The translations under genes were made by a program, and so were the position numbers. The notes under the pieces were generated by a model. It saw nothing but the letters and a program-made list of their open reading frames with translations. It was not told the origin of the DNA and made no database searches. Below, in pieces: positions 60,951 to 64,000 of a DNA stretch of 64,000 nt. Origin of the DNA: Candidatus Fervidifonticultor secundus (lineage in GTDB: Bacteria > Sysuimicrobiota > Sysuimicrobiia > Sysuimicrobiales > Humicultoraceae); the NCBI GenBank assembly GCA_031459385.1, contig JAVKIP010000002.1, forward strand, positions 96,355 to 160,354, given 5' to 3'. Positions within the stretch are counted from its first letter, which is position 1. Every line of letters begins with the position of its first letter.

Positions 60951-61814
60951 CTACTCGGTGGCCAGGGCGAGATCGGGGGGCTGCTCGACCGGTTGGCGAC
61001 GCGCGGCGGCCTCGCGCAGCGGCGGAATCAGGATCTCGGGCACGTACTGGCTGCCCACCGCCACGCGCGTGGCGATCTCGCCGCCGTGGAAGTCGGTCCC
61101 GCCGGTCATCAGCAGGCCGTACCGTGCTGCCACGGCCGCATAGCGCTCGACCTGCGCCGGGCTGTGGTCGGGGTAGTACACCTCGATGCCGTCCAGGCCG
61201 GCCGCGACCAGGTCGGGCACGAGCGCGTCGTTGTCTCCCCACCCGGGATGGGCCAGCACCGCCAGCCCGCCGGCAGCCCTGATCACGTGTACTGCCTCCG
61301 GGGGGCTGATCTTCACGCGCTCGACGTAGGCGGGCCCGGCTCGCCCGATGTACCGGTCGAACGCTTCGGCGACGTCCCGGACGTGCCCCGCCTCGACCAG
61401 CGCCCGCGCGACGTGCGGCCGGCCGACGGCGCCGCCTGCGGCCAGCGCGGCGACGCGCTCGAACGACACCGGCGCGCCCAGGGCCGCCAGGCGCTCCACC
61501 ATCCGTCGTGCACGCTCGGTGCGCCCGGCGCGCAGCCGGTTCAGCAGGTCCTGGAACCACGCCAGCCGATGGTGCACGAAGTACCCGAGCACATGCACCT
61601 CGCCAGCCGGCACGTCGCACGAGAGCTCCACGCCAGGCCATACCTCCAGGCTCAGCGCCCGGCCCGCATCCATCGCGGCGTCGACGCCCGCGGTGGTATC
61701 GTGGTCGGTGACGGCCAGCAGGCCGACGTCCCGCGCGCGCGCCTCGGCCACCAGCGCCGCCGGCTCGAGCAGCCCGTCCGACGCGGTGGTGTGCGTGTGC
61801 AGGTCGATGCGCAC
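60951..61814 (-). CDS. PHP domain phosphoesterase (TrpH/YciV-like)
   Basis: DLHTHTTASDG, TDHDT, GRPH, LAHP, GGTDFHG. Confidence 0.92.
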   Translation of the reverse strand: MRIDLHTHTTASDGLLEPAALVAEARARDVGLLAVTDHDTTAGVDAAMDAGRALSLEVWPGVELSCDVPAGEVHVLGYFVHHRLAWFQDLLNRLRAGRTERARRMVERLAALGAPVSFERVAALAAGGAVGRPHVARALVEAGHVRDVAEAFDRYIGRAGPAYVERVKISPPEAVHVIRAAGGLAVLAHPGWGDNDALVPDLVAAGLDGIEVYYPDHSPAQVERYAAVAARYGLLMTGGTDFHGGEIATRVAVGSQYVPEILIPPLREAAARRQPVEQPPDLALATE

Positions 61815-62596
61815 TAGTCCTCCTCGACCACCTGGAGGCGCCGGATGGAGGTCGCGTGGCCGGCCTCTGTAATCTCCACCACCACGGCGTTGAGCTGCAC
61901 GGGACCCGGCGCCACCTCGAATCGCACCGGGAGCTGGGTCAGGAACCGCTCGAGGATGCTCTCGCGGGCCATGCCGATGATCCCATCGCGCGGCCCGGTC
62001 ATGCCCACGTCGGTGATATAGGCGGTACCGCCGGGCAGCACGCGCTCGTCCGCTGTCTGCACATGGGTGTGGGTGCCGACGACGGCGCTCACGCGGCCGT
62101 CCAGGTACCAGCCCATCGCCACTTTCTCCGACGTCGCCTCGGCGTGAAAGTCGACGATGATCGCCGGCGTCACTGCCCGCAGGCGGGCCGCCTCTTCGCG
62201 GGCGATGCGGAAGGGATCGTCGAGCGCCTGCATGAACACGCGGCCCTCCAGGTTCAGCACCCCGAGGGCGGTCCCGTCCGCCAGGCGCACGACGGCGGCG
62301 CCACGGCCCGGCACACCCGCCGGGTAGTTGGCCGGCCGGAACACGCGGGGATCGCTGTCCAGCAGCGCGTAGGCCTCCCGGTTCTTCCAGATGTGGTTGC
62401 CACCGGTCAGGACGTCCACGCCGACGGCGAACAGCTCCGCCGCCACCTCGGCCGTCAGGCCCATCCCCCCAGCGGCGTTTTCGCCGTTGGCCACCACGAT
62501 GTTGACGGCGTGCTCGCAGCGCAGCTGCGGGAGCCGGCGGGCGAGGATCCGCCGGCCGGGCCGCCCGGTGACATCGCCGACGAACAGGATCCGCAC
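61814..62596 (-). CDS. ymdB: YmdB/TIGR00282 family metallophosphoesterase
   Basis: GDVTG, NGEN, GNH, RPANY, DFHAEATSEK, GTHTHV; directly downstream of rny. Confidence 0.9.
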   Translation of the reverse strand: MRILFVGDVTGRPGRRILARRLPQLRCEHAVNIVVANGENAAGGMGLTAEVAAELFAVGVDVLTGGNHIWKNREAYALLDSDPRVFRPANYPAGVPGRGAAVVRLADGTALGVLNLEGRVFMQALDDPFRIAREEAARLRAVTPAIIVDFHAEATSEKVAMGWYLDGRVSAVVGTHTHVQTADERVLPGGTAYITDVGMTGPRDGIIGMARESILERFLTQLPVRFEVAPGPVQLNAVVVEITEAGHATSIRRLQVVEED

Positions 62597-62600
62597 CGGC

Positions 62601-64000
62601 CTACCGTGCGTACTCCACGATCCGGGTCTCGCGCAGTACCGTGACCTTGATCTGCCCGGGGTACTCGAGATCCTGCTCGATCTTCCGTGCGATCTCCCGG
62701 GCCAGCGTGGCCGCCCCCAGGTCGTCCACATCCTGCGGCCGGACGATCACCCGGATCTCCCGGCCCGCCTGGATCGCGTACGCCTTCTCCACGCCGGGGA
62801 ACGAGGTCGCCAGTCCCTCCAGGGTCTGCAGCCGCTTGATGTACATCTCCACGGTCTCTTTGCGGGCCCCTGGCCGGCTGGCCGAGATGGCGTCGGCGGC
62901 CGCGACCAGCACCGCCTCGAGACAGATCGGCTCCTCCTCCCCGTGGTGGTACGCGATGGCGTTGAGCACCTCCGGGGGCTCGTGGTAGCGCCGGCAGAGG
63001 TCCATGCCGACCTGCACGTGGGTCCCTTCCACCTCGTGGGTGAGCGCCTTGCCGATATCGTGGAGCAGGCCGGCCCGGCGCGCCAGCTTGGCATCGGCCC
63101 CCAGGTGCTCGGCCAGCAGTCCCGCCAGCAGGGCGACCTCCACCGAGTGCTTGAGCAGGTTCTGGCCATAGGAGTGCCGGTAGCGCAGGCGGCCCAGCAC
63201 CTTCATCTCCTCGGGGTGCAGCCCGTGCACCCCGGCTTCCAGGGCCGCCTGCTCGCCAGCCTCCCGCACCTGCTCGTCCAGGTCCCGCCGGGCCTTCTCG
63301 ACGACCTCCTCGATCCGGCCGGGATGGATCCGCCCATCCACCATGAGCTGCTCCAGCGCGATCCGGGCCACTTCCCGTCGGATCGGGTCGAAGGAGGAGA
63401 TGGTCACGGCCTCCGGGGTATCGTCGATGATCAGGTCCACGCCCGTCAGGTTCTCGAGGGTTCTGATATTGCGACCCTCGCGGCCGATGATGCGGCCTTT
63501 CATCTCCTCGTTCGGCAGGGGGACGACCGTGACCGTGACTTCCGCAGTGTGCTCGGCGGCACATCGCTGGATCGCCAGCGCCAGAATATCCCGCGCTCGG
63601 CGATCGCCTTCATCGCGGGCCTCGTTCTCGATGCGACGTATGAGCTGCGCGGCCTCATTGCGCGCGCTCCGTTCCACCTGCGCTAGCAGTTGTGCACGGG
63701 CCTCCTCCGCGGTCAGCCCGGCCACCCGCTGCAACTCGACCAGCTGCTGCTGCTTGAGCCGTTCCGCCTCCTCCCGCAGCGCCGCCAGGTGCTGTGCCTC
63801 TTCCGCCTGCTGGCGCTCGCGCCGTTCCAGACTCTCCAGCTTCCGCTCCAGGTTCTCCTCACGCTGTCCCAAGCGCCGTTCCAGACGCTGCAGTTCCGCC
63901 CGCTGCTCTCGGATCTCCCGTTCGGCATCCCGCTTGAGCCGGAAGGCCTCGTCCTTGGCTTCGACGATGATCTCCCGGTGCTTCGCTTCGGCCTCCTTCT
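62601..64000 (-). CDS. rny: Ribonuclease Y (5' end outside window)
   Basis: Coiled coil, KH domain [15 protein letters not shown] motif [19 protein letters not shown]. Confidence 0.96.
   Translation of the reverse strand, partial: KEAEAKHREIIVEAKDEAFRLKRDAEREIREQRAELQRLERRLGQREENLERKLESLERRERQQAEEAQHLAALREEAERLKQQQLVELQRVAGLTAEEARAQLLAQVERSARNEAAQLIRRIENEARDEGDRRARDILALAIQRCAAEHTAEVTVTVVPLPNEEMKGRIIGREGRNIRTLENLTGVDLIIDDTPEAVTISSFDPIRREVARIALEQLMVDGRIHPGRIEEVVEKARRDLDEQVREAGEQAALEAGVHGLHPEEMKVLGRLRYRHSYGQNLLKHSVEVALLAGLLAEHLGADAKLARRAGLLHDIGKALTHEVEGTHVQVGMDLCRRYHEPPEVLNAIAYHHGEEEPICLEAVLVAAADAISASRPGARKETVEMYIKRLQTLEGLATSFPGVEKAYAIQAGREIRVIVRPQDVDDLGAATLAREIARKIEQDLEYPGQIKVTVLRETRIVEYAR

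Overview
High-GC bacterial chromosomal region made mostly of housekeeping and metabolic genes. A T-box, a Cheo-type LexA box and rny-ymdB point to a Terrabacteria lineage; Armatimonadota/CSP1-3-like is only a guess. From left to right it carries: a peptide-type ABC/hydrolase catabolic operon; csoR-copA-copZ-tlpA; tRNA-Arg(TCG); 2-oxoacid dehydrogenase E1 alpha/beta; an orphan CoxL-like molybdoenzyme subunit; an NHEJ locus (ligD divergent from ku plus a coupled MerR-HTH/TPR gene); MFS and VWA genes; a variant FMN-like riboswitch with terminator ahead of an orphan solute-binding protein; tRNA-Lys; MEMO1-like gene; tRNA-Leu-tig-clpP-clpX-lon; ferredoxin; GntR; T-box valS; a paaFGHJ-like cluster led by an Oah-like crotonase; a dif site; lexA; mutS-mutL-miaA-dapL-hflX; ilvD; three secreted hypotheticals; selA-selB and tRNA-Sec; PHP, ymdB and partial rny. 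The dif site at 43542-43569 coincides with a switch in dominant gene orientation, so the window probably spans the replication terminus. The best novelty candidates are the FMN-riboswitch variant with its binding protein, the ku-coupled MerR-TPR gene, and the Oah-like zinc-ribbon crotonase. No CRISPR array, prophage, integrase or transposase was seen. All assignments are by eye from motifs; no database searches were run.
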